Shown in pieces: positions 40,845-50,955 of a stretch of 64,000 nt of DNA. The translations under genes and the position numbers were made by a program. The first letter of the stretch is position 1. Each line of letters begins with the position of its first letter. The notes below the pieces were generated by a model. The model was not told the DNA's origin and searched no databases. It was given only the letters and a program-made list of their open reading frames with translations. The stretch covers positions 15,874 through 79,873 of the IMG/VR virus record IMGVR_UViG_3300034064_001073; one strand, 5' to 3'. The stretch comes from a virus.

Positions 40845-42788
40845 CGCACCTGCTGCTCCAGCGGCACCAGCGGCTCCTGCGCCACCTCCTGCACCACCAC
40901 CAGCCGCACCTGCGGCCGCCGCCCCAGTCTTTCCTATCTTAGTGAATAAGTAAGCACCAACACCTGCTGCAGTAGCAACTCCAGCCCCAATAGCCAATGT
41001 ACTACCAAGTCCACCATCTGTAGGACTAGTCCCCGTTGAAGCTGATGCAGCAGCAGGAAGACCAATACCCAACGCCCCTATCAGGCCTATTATGCCAAAA
41101 GTTTTACCATGTTTGTTTATAGCCTTGACTGCCCTCTCAATGCCTGTTTCAACATTTTTAAGACTTTTACCTCCAGGAAGAAGTTCCGCAGGAACATCAG
41201 CATAGAATAGTTCTGCCTGCTTAGCTAATTGTTCGTGTATCTCTCTAGGACTAAATCCAAACATAAGGGCAGCATCTGGAGCCATTGCAGTCTTCCGAGT
41301 GGGACCCCTGCCAAAAAGAGGATAATCAAAACCCGCATCAAGAGCCTCTTCATAGTATTTTGACTTTACAAAATTATGTAAATCAATAGCCTCATCAGTA
41401 TACCCTAAAGCTTTACCAATTTCTTTGTGATATTCAATAGTGCCTTCTGTTCCAGCTTCAGCGTGTTTCTTTATAATCTCAATAGCCTTATCAACCGTTT
41501 CTCTGGGTCCATAAAGGTATTCTGATGCATTAGATGCATTTGGAACTAAAGAACCAATTTCAACTTCAATATTGGGTGGTGTGCCTCTAGGCTCCCACCC
41601 GGGAGCACCTGTATCTCTTTCAAAGTCATGTTTTATTCTTCCACGGAGATACACGTCTTTGGGATTTTGGTCTTCTAAATCATTAAGTAATCTTGTAGGG
41701 CTACTTCCCATGTAAAGAGGTTTTTTGCCTTTTGTTACTAGATCTATTTCACTAGCCTCATCGAGTACGCCCATGCCGTGAGGTGCAAGCTTTGTTTTTA
41801 TTTCTAGGGCCTCAGGTAACCCCTCATCAAACATAGCGTGGGTCGCTGCATAGTACCGGAGTGGCCCATTGTAACCATTGCCTCCATATGTGAAATGACT
41901 CATCTGCGTTGGAAGTCTAGAACCTGAATTCTGTATGCTCAAAAAAGGATAGTTCTTCTGGACTTGGGCAGGAGAACAACAATTAAGATACAAATCTTTA
42001 ATTTTACCTAATTCCTCAACGCTTTCATCACTCCACTGCCTCCACCCGCCGTCACCACCGCCTGGGGAGTTCCAGTGACTATGTAAAGTTCCATCTGTGC
42101 CTCCATGTATAGTTCCGAGGAATATTTGTTGTCCACTGGTTGTACCAGGCTTCAGCTTTCCAGACAACTGTACAGCATAAGAACCCGCCGAACCTTCTTG
42201 GTTAAACAACCTGGAGTGGTCTTGACTTACACTGAAAACATTATGTTGAGAAAGAAAATTCTGCGCACCTGCTCTTGTTTGCTTCTGATGAGGCTGCCCC
42301 TGCGACGTTGGATGGCTATGCGCATCTCTTACTTGTCTTACTAGGCCATAAAAATCATCGTCCTCAAGAGTTTTCTTACCCCAATCCGTTGCATCATATG
42401 CCTCAAATATAGCTCCATCTCTATGCCACTGCGCGTCATCATAATTTAAACCTTCTATTTTTTTCAAAAACTCAGGCGAGCGCACAGCAGCTCTACCTTC
42501 TGGGCTGTCTCTAAACTGCTCTTGGCTTAAGAATCTAGGGCCTCGGCCAGCTGCTTTATCTGCGTTCCACTGTCTTAATTCTTCCTGTTCTTTTTTCTCG
42601 TAAGCTCTGTTTCCTTCTACAACTCTATTACTCTCGTAACTAGCACGTCTTTTCTCGTTACTATCATTTTCTGCGCCAAACCAATGCTTATCAACTTTCA
42701 GAGGCGGCAATACTCCACCATGAGTGCCAAAGAAATCATGCAGCTTATCCGCTGCAGTATTAAGGAAATCGTAAATCTTCTCAGACAT
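39942..42788 (-). CDS. 948-aa putative ejected/internal virion protein, paralog of 36692-39928
   Basis: Shares the VNRN.GSRIYNS.FVQNELDLTTRGFFAGLGSVINDFG...LSY module. Confidence 0.7.
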   Translation of the reverse strand: MSEKIYDFLNTAADKLHDFFGTHGGVLPPLKVDKHWFGAENDSNEKRRASYESNRVVEGNRAYEKKEQEELRQWNADKAAGRGPRFLSQEQFRDSPEGRAAVRSPEFLKKIEGLNYDDAQWHRDGAIFEAYDATDWGKKTLEDDDFYGLVRQVRDAHSHPTSQGQPHQKQTRAGAQNFLSQHNVFSVSQDHSRLFNQEGSAGSYAVQLSGKLKPGTTSGQQIFLGTIHGGTDGTLHSHWNSPGGGDGGWRQWSDESVEELGKIKDLYLNCCSPAQVQKNYPFLSIQNSGSRLPTQMSHFTYGGNGYNGPLRYYAATHAMFDEGLPEALEIKTKLAPHGMGVLDEASEIDLVTKGKKPLYMGSSPTRLLNDLEDQNPKDVYLRGRIKHDFERDTGAPGWEPRGTPPNIEVEIGSLVPNASNASEYLYGPRETVDKAIEIIKKHAEAGTEGTIEYHKEIGKALGYTDEAIDLHNFVKSKYYEEALDAGFDYPLFGRGPTRKTAMAPDAALMFGFSPREIHEQLAKQAELFYADVPAELLPGGKSLKNVETGIERAVKAINKHGKTFGIIGLIGALGIGLPAAASASTGTSPTDGGLGSTLAIGAGVATAAGVGAYLFTKIGKTGAAAAGAAGGGAGGGAGAAGAAGAAGAVNRNRGSRIYNSSFVQNELDLTTRGFFAGLGSVINDFGFNRRTGSFDTSGAPDSFIDSLFGKSLKGDGYVHPVFRKEEAFWKVAHNIDDAYQGWKDYINTSYKNSSGISKLFQGVRYHGFRALDSVGDGWLNKQLVKAGGFSTVVAPALMAHGALTDFKEGYRRGGLIGGALKTVTGLISGLVQNKVIAGILLNPLTGLLGAGITAAAGYAAFKIFDVRNEGANYIRSGRMGGLSWNRGPTPGMSGSMAATARQRALNSMNNSKFNAMKAMGNESYMMNVPKSRYANSTGIHGITPVLSY

Positions 42789-42792
42789 AAGC

Positions 42793-45141
42793 TTATCCTC
42801 TTCTTAGCGCACTCAAGGCAAGTGTCAAATTACCATCATCATTGTACTGCCCCGGCCTAGATCTACTTCTAGTAGGCTTAAGACTTGGGTTTTGGAAGTA
42901 CAACTCATCTGCGTCATTTAATCCAACCATAGAAGGATTAGTCATTCTAACTCTATTAGATTGATCTGCCTGCATCTGTGCTTCTGCGCTGATGTTTTGT
43001 TTTGTTGCTCCAGCTAGTGCATTAATAGGGTGGTCAGCAGGTGCTCCATACGCAGAAGCTTTAGCTGCTGCCCCTACAAATCCAACTGCAGCACCTGCGC
43101 CACCTAATCCAAACATTAATGCATTATCAGACATAAAACCTGTATTCATTGCAGGTCGAATAGGCACGCCAGCAGGAGCTGCAGGAGCTGTTGCAGGTTG
43201 TCCAGGTTTCGCAGGCTTAGCAGCAGGAGTAACAGTGTGAATGCCAGGTTTTGCAGGATCAAATTCATATGATCTATTAATTCTATGTGCACCTCCAAAG
43301 AAATTGTCTTTCTTATACTGCTGAAGAACTTGCCGCTCATTCTGTTCAGCGGGCGTCATTCTTGCTGGTAAATTACCTTTCTGAGTTTTCTTTGGGGCTA
43401 ATTGCTCTAATCTTTCATTGACAGTTGGAGTAGCAACATCTTTTTCTCTGTAAGGAGTCAATACATCTTTCTCATATGAATTCGCTGCATATCTACCAAG
43501 ATAAACTGGAGCACCTGCCGCCATACCAGCTGCACCGGCACCAATTCTACCTATGTCTTGAAATAGAGAACCTGCCATATCTTTTTGGCCTGGCTCAATC
43601 ATTGCATCTTTTTCTGTCTGGCTAAAACGTCTTCTTAAGTCGCTAACTTGCTGATTCTCTGCAGTTGGTTTAAGTTTTGCTTCCTGTTTAAGTAACTCCT
43701 GCTTGTTTGATTGTAAAGCACCTATTTCATCTGTTGCTGCAGCTTCTGCTTTCTGAGCAACTGAATGCGCATTATAGTCTTCTACAAACTGATCAGCTCC
43801 TTTCCCAGTTGGAACGGGAGTAGGGGGAGTAGGAAGATTATACACACCAAAAGAGCCATGATTAGCAGGATAGACACCACGGGACTTAGCTTGCTGAGTT
43901 TGTTGACGAGTTGCAGGAGGCGCTGAGTATTTTATTCCAGCAGCCGCTTGTGCTTTCTCCTCAGGAGTTCCATTCAGTTGCGCATTCAGTCTGGCTCTTT
44001 CAGCTCTTGCTTGTGCTGGAGTCATGCTTGCAAAAGGATTAGTACTTGTTGCTCCTTTAAAATTCTCTGGATTCTTAGGGTCTAATCTTTTGTCTAAGTT
44101 TGCCATCTCTTCTAGTCTCTCATCATAAACGTCATCAGCAACAGGCTTTGCTCCTGCTTTCACACTGTCATCATAAGCCATTTTTTTTTCACCATTTTTC
44201 CATCTTTGATCTCTGAGACTTTGGAGTCTTTCATTCAAACTATGTCTATTGGTGCTTAATTCAGTATGAATAGCATCAAACTCAGTCTGCAAAGCGGGAT
44301 CAGTCAATGCAGCTTTTACATCTGCTTGCGGTGATCGCCCAGTCATTCCTACTGTTTTTGCAATTTCGCCTCTTCTAACTCTTAGTTGCCTAGCTCTTTC
44401 TCTCTCTGCAGCTTGTTGAGCTTTTGTTAGTTGTGGCATTCCCCCAAGAGTGGTCTCTAGTCCTGTAATTTCTGCCTCTAGCCTAGTATCCTCTGCAGCT
44501 AAACGAGGACCCTCCGATTGACGTACAATTTGAGGTCCAGTTGCTGGCTTTGCGGGAGTTCCTTGCCATTTTCCAACCAAAGCCTCTTGCTGTTCTCTTG
44601 CGGCAGTCTGTTTTTTTGCAGCCTCGTCTATTGCTGTGTCAATCCTAGTTACAGCTTCTTTATTTCCTTTTACTGCTGTTCTTGCTTGTCTTTGTCTTTG
44701 TACTGCCATAGTAGGAGTAGCAGTTACTGTGTCCATTACAGAATCTGTATAAGCTTCAAAGTCGTCAACATTTCCACCTGCAACTGTTTGAAATCCTTGT
44801 CTCAGCGCACCAAAAAGAGTCTTTGGTCTGTTTGGATTAACTGCGTCATAGGCTTTTAATCCGTCAGGGGTCATCATTGAGCGACCAATTGCTCTTAAAC
44901 CGTAGTCAGCACCCTGAGCTGCAATACCAACTGCTCCTCCTACCATAGCTCCAGTAGCCGCTGCTCCTACTCTGCCTGCAACAGGAGTTTCTCCTAGGTA
45001 TTCATCCTCTTCTGGATTATAACTATAGGCTCCCTTGATACCACCAGCAATAGCACCTACACCACCAATTCCTAAAGTCCCACCAACGTGGGAAGCAGCT
45101 CCACTCATTGACTTGAAAAAATTAACAATTGCGTTTGCCAT
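42793..45141 (-). CDS. 782-aa Ala/Gly-rich coiled-coil putative ejected virion protein
   Basis: Glycine-zipper helices near both ends and a coiled-coil middle; translationally coupled to the upstream gene. Confidence 0.65.
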   Translation of the reverse strand: MANAIVNFFKSMSGAASHVGGTLGIGGVGAIAGGIKGAYSYNPEEDEYLGETPVAGRVGAAATGAMVGGAVGIAAQGADYGLRAIGRSMMTPDGLKAYDAVNPNRPKTLFGALRQGFQTVAGGNVDDFEAYTDSVMDTVTATPTMAVQRQRQARTAVKGNKEAVTRIDTAIDEAAKKQTAAREQQEALVGKWQGTPAKPATGPQIVRQSEGPRLAAEDTRLEAEITGLETTLGGMPQLTKAQQAAERERARQLRVRRGEIAKTVGMTGRSPQADVKAALTDPALQTEFDAIHTELSTNRHSLNERLQSLRDQRWKNGEKKMAYDDSVKAGAKPVADDVYDERLEEMANLDKRLDPKNPENFKGATSTNPFASMTPAQARAERARLNAQLNGTPEEKAQAAAGIKYSAPPATRQQTQQAKSRGVYPANHGSFGVYNLPTPPTPVPTGKGADQFVEDYNAHSVAQKAEAAATDEIGALQSNKQELLKQEAKLKPTAENQQVSDLRRRFSQTEKDAMIEPGQKDMAGSLFQDIGRIGAGAAGMAAGAPVYLGRYAANSYEKDVLTPYREKDVATPTVNERLEQLAPKKTQKGNLPARMTPAEQNERQVLQQYKKDNFFGGAHRINRSYEFDPAKPGIHTVTPAAKPAKPGQPATAPAAPAGVPIRPAMNTGFMSDNALMFGLGGAGAAVGFVGAAAKASAYGAPADHPINALAGATKQNISAEAQMQADQSNRVRMTNPSMVGLNDADELYFQNPSLKPTRSRSRPGQYNDDGNLTLALSALRRG

Positions 45142-48100
45142 TATCTGCGCTCCTTGCGTCTGCCTCTGTTGCGTTCTAAGCCACCAGCCATTGCCATAAT
45201 TTGCATATCAGCCATACCGTTTTTCCTGCCTCTAGAAGCTGCGTTCACAGACTGAAAAATTTCATTATAGTCATTATAAGACATATCCATAGCATAGGTC
45301 ATTTCTTCGTTTCTGGCTTGTGAGGCGTCTACAGCCTGCTGCTTAGAGGTGCCAGGACTTCTATCAAAGTGGAACTTAAAAGCACTTGCAGGACTTAAAA
45401 CGTTATAGCCTTTTCTTTCTTTGCCAGGAATACCAGTATGTACACCTGCATAAAATGGATCCGAAAACATCCCCTTATCCGATGCTCTGGCTATTCTTTC
45501 TGCTGCGTTAAATTGCTTCTGGTTTACAAGATCTTCTTGGGCAGTATTTCTATATAGTACAGTTGCTAAGCCTTGATTGACCATTTCATATGAATAGTTG
45601 ATTCCAGAGTCGTCAGTTACAATACCAACTGAACGACCAAATGTACTACCCTGGCCAGTTACAACTTGGGCTCCAGTTCTAGCCGAAAGTACGTTCGTTA
45701 AGTATTGCTTGCCTCTTTGAGCAAATGGCATTTCGCCAGGACCACCAAAGCCTTCGTGAGCAGTTTCAGGAGCATCCATACCAGAAAGACGAACGCTACC
45801 AAGATTACGCCTACCTAAACCCATAAATCCTTTACTGATAATTTCTACTGTATCCGCGTCGCCAACTGCGTAATCAACTTTACTAGAATCAATGGCAGAC
45901 ACAGCAAAACCTGCAGGATTCATCTTATCAATACCAGTATTAGTGGGAGTCATGACATTTCGCATTGCCCCTCTTCCGCCTCTCTCCCTGACATCCTCAG
46001 GGTTAAGTATTTCTCTTTCATCGCCAGACATTTTCAGTATATCTTTTGTTGTAGGCTTGTAGCTTGGCATATCTACCATATAATTAGCAGAAGCTCCAGT
46101 GACAAATGCGCCAGCTGCGCCAGCCATACCAAGTCCTCTTCTTGCATTCTTCATAATGTACTCAGAAATCTCTGGGCTTGCTCCAGATATCCTGCTCATT
46201 AATCCACTGTCTAGTCCTCTTGGGCTAAAGAGAACAGAGCCAACTGTATCTACTCCTAATTTTAACTTATCTTTTGCAGAAACTGCAAAATTATAAGCAG
46301 ATCCGATTGTTTCATAATTAGGAGTAACAACCTTAGGAGTACTGTAATCGCCTGTCGCGACTAACTCTTTTTTTCTTTCAGATATAGCTTCATATATAAA
46401 ATCTGCAGAAGAAGCAAGTCTTTCAGCTCCTGAGCCCCTATTAAGTCTTGATCTAATCCCTTGGATTGTTGGAGCCAAAGAAGTATCTAGAGCGCTTCTA
46501 AAGCCGTCACCGCCTGACATTCTTAAAGCTAAAGAAGCACGAGACACTTCATCTTCTGTCATAGATGGAGTAACAGCTATTCCTTGTTCTGAAAGCCTAT
46601 CAACTTCATCTTGACTAAAAAGTCTTCCTGCCTGGTTTTCCTGATGAAGATGAGACTTAAGATCTAGAAGTCTACTGCCCAAATCTCTTGCTTTGATTCC
46701 TCTTGCTGTAAAGTTATCACCTTCAGCATACCTTCTAATGACAGTGCTCTTCACCCTATTTCTAGCAACGGTCTTCAACTCATCTACGCTGACAGGTAAA
46801 TCCGTACCCATTTGATGTCCTAGCTGACTCTTGATTATATCTTCAATTGGCATATTGCCTGCTTTCAACGCAGCAAAAGACCCACTACCATAACGCTTAT
46901 CAACGTGCATTCTTGTCGCTTCATCTAACTCTTTAGTGTATTCATCTTTGATGAAGTCTTGAATATTCCAGTCAGACTGACTCTTTAATACACTTACTTC
47001 CGCACCAGTCGCAGTTACCATTGTATGCTTTATTCTGCCAACAGCCATTGGCATAGAAAATGCTTCATGCATTGCTGGGTTTACATTTATTGTCTGCAAT
47101 TTTCCAGCTTCATCGGTGTAACTGTGAGTAATCATATTTGCAGGATTTGGAGCGTATAGCCCCTCTGCGACACCTGTGTAGCTGTCAACCGTTTCATTAA
47201 TTCTTAATAACTCTTTGTCTAGGTTATAAGCTCTTGTTATGTCAGAGTGCGTTCCTTTTATAGTGCCTTTAGTGGCATCTCTACTTAGTTGGCCTTGCTT
47301 AATTCCAATAGGTGTATCTCCAAACCATTTTTCATCAAGTTCCAATTCCGTATCTTTAATTTTTGCTAACTCAAGCCATCCCAGCTTTTTCTCGTCTCCT
47401 AAAATTGACAAGGATGAGAACAAGGAGCGCACTTGGTCTAGTGCAGACGCAGATTCCTTAGCACGGTAAATATTTGCAACATCATTTAGTACTTCAGGTA
47501 ACTTACCTTCTTGCAGTAGTCTACCCTGAACCATAACGTCAGATAAGGCTTGGTGAGCCTCATCAAAGCCAAGAATAACCTGTGAAGCTAAGTTAATATT
47601 CGTTCCAGATGTTAAGTCTCCACTAGTCTCTATCAGACCAGTCTGCATTAGCCCTGAGAATAACATCTTTGTAAGATCAAGCTGATCTCGGGTATTTAAC
47701 CCAGCTGATACATTCTTAACATAAGCAGGCAATAAAGAAATAACGTCTTCATTCTTACCTTGTTGTCTTAGTATTCTTGCTTGTTCCGTGAAGAAGAAGT
47801 TATTAGCATCAAGAATATTTCTTTTTCTTTCGCTTTTCCAAGTAGCAGAAAGCATGCTACGCATGTCTCTCAAACTTGTAATTGTTCCACCAAAAGCTCT
47901 AGACATGTCCCTGTCAGAGTTTAAGTAGTTACCGTGGTCTTCGAGTGAAGGCTCAAAAGCATCCGCAACGCCACTGCGTTTCTGCGTTAAGAAATGTTCC
48001 CAAAGTTTACCTACACGAAAAGACTCATATGGTAAATTTGCAGCCATAAGTGTTCTTCCTTCTTTGCTTGCCTGTTTGGCAAAAAGCATAGAATGTTTAG

Positions 48101-49100
48101 CTCCTTCTTTCTGGCTGTATACTCTTTGCCCAGACTTTAACTCTAGGTAACCTTCCTTTTTTAATTGATTCTGAAGCTCTTGTATTCTAGCTTCAGTTAT
48201 AATTTTACTTCCACTTGGACCTTCTCCGTATTCCTCATAGAATTCGCTAAGCCAAGGAAACTTCCCACTTGCCCAAGTACCAAATCTTTGCTTGAACTCT
48301 GCTTCGCTTCTAGGGATATAGCTAAAAGTTCTGAAAGTAGCCTCTCTGCTTCCGTCTGGGGCATCTTCCACATCTCTTATAATTGCCTCTGGCATAAGAT
48401 TCAACGAGAGGAATCCCTCTGCCATTTGTTCTTTAGGTGACATGCGCCCTATCGCAGCAGCAGCACTCAGGGCTGCGCTGTCGTTACTCGCTCCAACTGT
48501 CTTCTTTAGTTCCTCTATCTTTGCCATATCGCCCATAGCAATCTGCAAGATAGGAGCGTCTTTAAAGAGACCACCAGTTTCAATGTCTATAATTAGTGCG
48601 TTCTTAACAATGTCATCAAGCTTGAAATTAAAACCTGACATTGCCATAGCATCAAGCTTCAATTGTTTGATAGCAGTACTTGTTAGACCGCCAATAATCT
48701 CAGATGGCCTTGCCTTATCTTTGCCTGTCGCAAAGTTAGCCATTTGCTTGCCAACTTCCCTATACATCATTACTGCATCTTTTTTTACTTCATCTGTGTA
48801 AGAGAAAAAATTATCAGTATTCTCTGTTCCAATTAAAGTATCCATCATAGTGACAATCTTTTTATTGGCACCAGTTATATCATTTAAAAACTTAGTAGCA
48901 CCTAAGGTTGCGCGATAGGTACCTTTAAGGATTGATGTAGAAAGAGTAAAAGTTCCACGAACCGCAGCATCAATACCAGAGATAAAGTTAGTATGGTCGT
49001 ATTTACCTTTAAGCGCAGTAATAGCTTTAATGGGATCGGCATCAGGATTAACAAAGTAATCCTTTAAGGTATAGACCTTATCTCCTTTGCCATCCGCCAT
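45141..49100 (-). CDS. 1319-aa protein with an N-terminal DEDDh exonuclease-like domain and a C-terminal SNase (thermonuclease) domain
   Basis: IIDIETGGL...ILQIA, AANLPYE and HQALSDV match DEDDh motifs. GDADTV...VRLSGMDAPE...FGRSVG...VNQGLA...AERIARASDKGMF match SNase. Confidence 0.8.
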   Translation of the reverse strand: MADGKGDKVYTLKDYFVNPDADPIKAITALKGKYDHTNFISGIDAAVRGTFTLSTSILKGTYRATLGATKFLNDITGANKKIVTMMDTLIGTENTDNFFSYTDEVKKDAVMMYREVGKQMANFATGKDKARPSEIIGGLTSTAIKQLKLDAMAMSGFNFKLDDIVKNALIIDIETGGLFKDAPILQIAMGDMAKIEELKKTVGASNDSAALSAAAAIGRMSPKEQMAEGFLSLNLMPEAIIRDVEDAPDGSREATFRTFSYIPRSEAEFKQRFGTWASGKFPWLSEFYEEYGEGPSGSKIITEARIQELQNQLKKEGYLELKSGQRVYSQKEGAKHSMLFAKQASKEGRTLMAANLPYESFRVGKLWEHFLTQKRSGVADAFEPSLEDHGNYLNSDRDMSRAFGGTITSLRDMRSMLSATWKSERKRNILDANNFFFTEQARILRQQGKNEDVISLLPAYVKNVSAGLNTRDQLDLTKMLFSGLMQTGLIETSGDLTSGTNINLASQVILGFDEAHQALSDVMVQGRLLQEGKLPEVLNDVANIYRAKESASALDQVRSLFSSLSILGDEKKLGWLELAKIKDTELELDEKWFGDTPIGIKQGQLSRDATKGTIKGTHSDITRAYNLDKELLRINETVDSYTGVAEGLYAPNPANMITHSYTDEAGKLQTINVNPAMHEAFSMPMAVGRIKHTMVTATGAEVSVLKSQSDWNIQDFIKDEYTKELDEATRMHVDKRYGSGSFAALKAGNMPIEDIIKSQLGHQMGTDLPVSVDELKTVARNRVKSTVIRRYAEGDNFTARGIKARDLGSRLLDLKSHLHQENQAGRLFSQDEVDRLSEQGIAVTPSMTEDEVSRASLALRMSGGDGFRSALDTSLAPTIQGIRSRLNRGSGAERLASSADFIYEAISERKKELVATGDYSTPKVVTPNYETIGSAYNFAVSAKDKLKLGVDTVGSVLFSPRGLDSGLMSRISGASPEISEYIMKNARRGLGMAGAAGAFVTGASANYMVDMPSYKPTTKDILKMSGDEREILNPEDVRERGGRGAMRNVMTPTNTGIDKMNPAGFAVSAIDSSKVDYAVGDADTVEIISKGFMGLGRRNLGSVRLSGMDAPETAHEGFGGPGEMPFAQRGKQYLTNVLSARTGAQVVTGQGSTFGRSVGIVTDDSGINYSYEMVNQGLATVLYRNTAQEDLVNQKQFNAAERIARASDKGMFSDPFYAGVHTGIPGKERKGYNVLSPASAFKFHFDRSPGTSKQQAVDASQARNEEMTYAMDMSYNDYNEIFQSVNAASRGRKNGMADMQIMAMAGGLERNRGRRKERR

Positions 49101-49109
49101 AATCTAGCC

Positions 49110-50417
49110 TTAGTCATCATCAAAGTCTACTCCATCTGCGTCTACAGTATTATCTCTTATTAAACTATTAATCTTGTTTAATGCAGAAGACATTTTTGTC
49201 ATAGTTGAACTAACACTCTCAGACTTAGTAGCTTCAATCTTAGCTCTCGCATTAATCTTAGCTTCTGGACTGCTTAGAAGTTCTTTCATTAATTGACTAC
49301 GCATCTTTTGAAAGCGTTCTTTTAATGCGAAAGCAGGGTGCTCCTTCATCGCAGTCTTAACGGGATTACCATGTAAGTCACTACTTAACACAGCCTCCTG
49401 CATTAAATCCCTACCTTCACCAAAGCTATCCCCTTGACTTAATAGCATATTAACACGTATCTCATAGATATCCAACTCAGCAAGTTTAGTTGCTAGGCTA
49501 ATTATAGTAGGAGTAATGTGATTTAAGTTATGAAAATTCTCACTACAGTATTGCTTAACCTTAACCTGAAGAATGCTTGCTTCTACAGGGCAAGGTTGTA
49601 ACAAGGGAAATTTACTAGCAAGAAGATCAGCTGTGCCGTTGTCCCTTTTAACAACAAACCAACATGAACTACGGATAGGGCAACTCTCATATCCTTTACA
49701 AATAAGCGGCACACTAGCATAAGTACCATGTTTAATTGCAGCTAGATGAGACCTCATTCTTGCGGCACTCTGTGGAGTTATATGTAGATCCTTATATAAG
49801 TCAGGATCACTGCCAAGAAAAGCACCTAAGCTACTATTAGAAAAAAAGCTATTTACATCTACGTTGCTATTATCACTAGTATTTAATGCAGACTGGAAAG
49901 CGTCACGTAAGCTGATACTAGTAGAAGAAGTATTATCAAGGGGAGCAGCTCTTTCCAGTAATGTTTCATCGTTATCTAAAAGCTCACCTACTCTGTCAAG
50001 TAGAACTTGGGTATTAGCCTCCACGCCGCCGAGACCATTAGCGTTCCTGTTGCCTGAAATCATACTAGAATCTTTTAATAGACTATTAGTCTTATCGAAG
50101 GACTTGTCTTCCTTTATCTCTAAGTCCTTGGTTGGTAGTCCTTTTGCTGTAGCTGCGAGAGAGACACTATCATCCTCTAATGCTTGAAGATCAAAGGGCA
50201 TCTCCTCATCTCTACTAGAAAACTCCAATCTATTAGAAAGCTTATCAGAGAGAAGATAAGGATCTATAACTTGTCCTGTTACAGTACCAGTATAAGTAGG
50301 CTGAGAAAGCCGCGCCGCATTCTTATAAGGATTATCGGCTCCACGCCCTGCACTGTTATCGTGCGAGGATCTAGGTTTATTCCTATTAGCCTTGTTAATA
50401 TCATTATAGTGTGCCAA
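49110..50417 (-). CDS. Putative terminase small subunit (TTG start)
   Basis: First gene of the operon. Cys cluster CKGYESCPIRSSC...CPVE is followed by a helical HPAFALKERF...LMKELLSSPEAK segment resembling the P27-type TerS C-terminus. Confidence 0.5.
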   Translation of the reverse strand: MAHYNDINKANRNKPRSSHDNSAGRGADNPYKNAARLSQPTYTGTVTGQVIDPYLLSDKLSNRLEFSSRDEEMPFDLQALEDDSVSLAATAKGLPTKDLEIKEDKSFDKTNSLLKDSSMISGNRNANGLGGVEANTQVLLDRVGELLDNDETLLERAAPLDNTSSTSISLRDAFQSALNTSDNSNVDVNSFFSNSSLGAFLGSDPDLYKDLHITPQSAARMRSHLAAIKHGTYASVPLICKGYESCPIRSSCWFVVKRDNGTADLLASKFPLLQPCPVEASILQVKVKQYCSENFHNLNHITPTIISLATKLAELDIYEIRVNMLLSQGDSFGEGRDLMQEAVLSSDLHGNPVKTAMKEHPAFALKERFQKMRSQLMKELLSSPEAKINARAKIEATKSESVSSTMTKMSSALNKINSLIRDNTVDADGVDFDDD

Positions 50418-50950
50418 GAATTCCTCTTCGTTACTATTTATCTCTAGTAATTAAACTTTCCTATAAGAGCTGATACCATAAATTTTGCTGTATAGGGACA
50501 AAAGAAAAGCCTTATATATTATTTAAGGAAAGCTCTATATATATTTTAGGAAAAAAGTCTAAAGAAAAGCTAGGGGAAAAGGGGGTATAGGTCTAGGATA
50601 AAAGTCCTTTATCTCTGTAACTTATATTTATTTTTATATTTTTATGGAAAAGAGTGGGTACTTATACTCGTGGGCCCCTATACTTACCCTACCCCTATCC
50701 CGTTTTAGCCCACCCCCTTTAAAGACTATGTACCAGGGGATGAGGGTCTTTCCAACTCTCACCAATTGCTAGCATCCCGCTAGCTTTGGACATTACCCCA
50801 CAAGGGTAGTAAGGAACGCCATGTGCACGCTCGCACAAGCCCCCACCCCCACCACACACACCTCCATCACACACACTACCATGAATAACATTCATAACAA
50901 CAATAACAACACCATCACGAATAACGATAACGTCAACATCAACGAAGAGA
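50418..50950. other. Divergent strand-switch region with a composition boundary
   Basis: Gene orientation flips here. An AT-rich tract is followed by C-runs and a G-free C/A tract (50840-50882), and GC and codon usage change abruptly. Confidence 0.7.
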
Positions 50951-50955
50951 AGAAA

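Noticed and set aside
223-50447. Short plus-strand ORFs in the left arm
   Set aside because: They are antisense to a contiguous, motif-supported structural operon.
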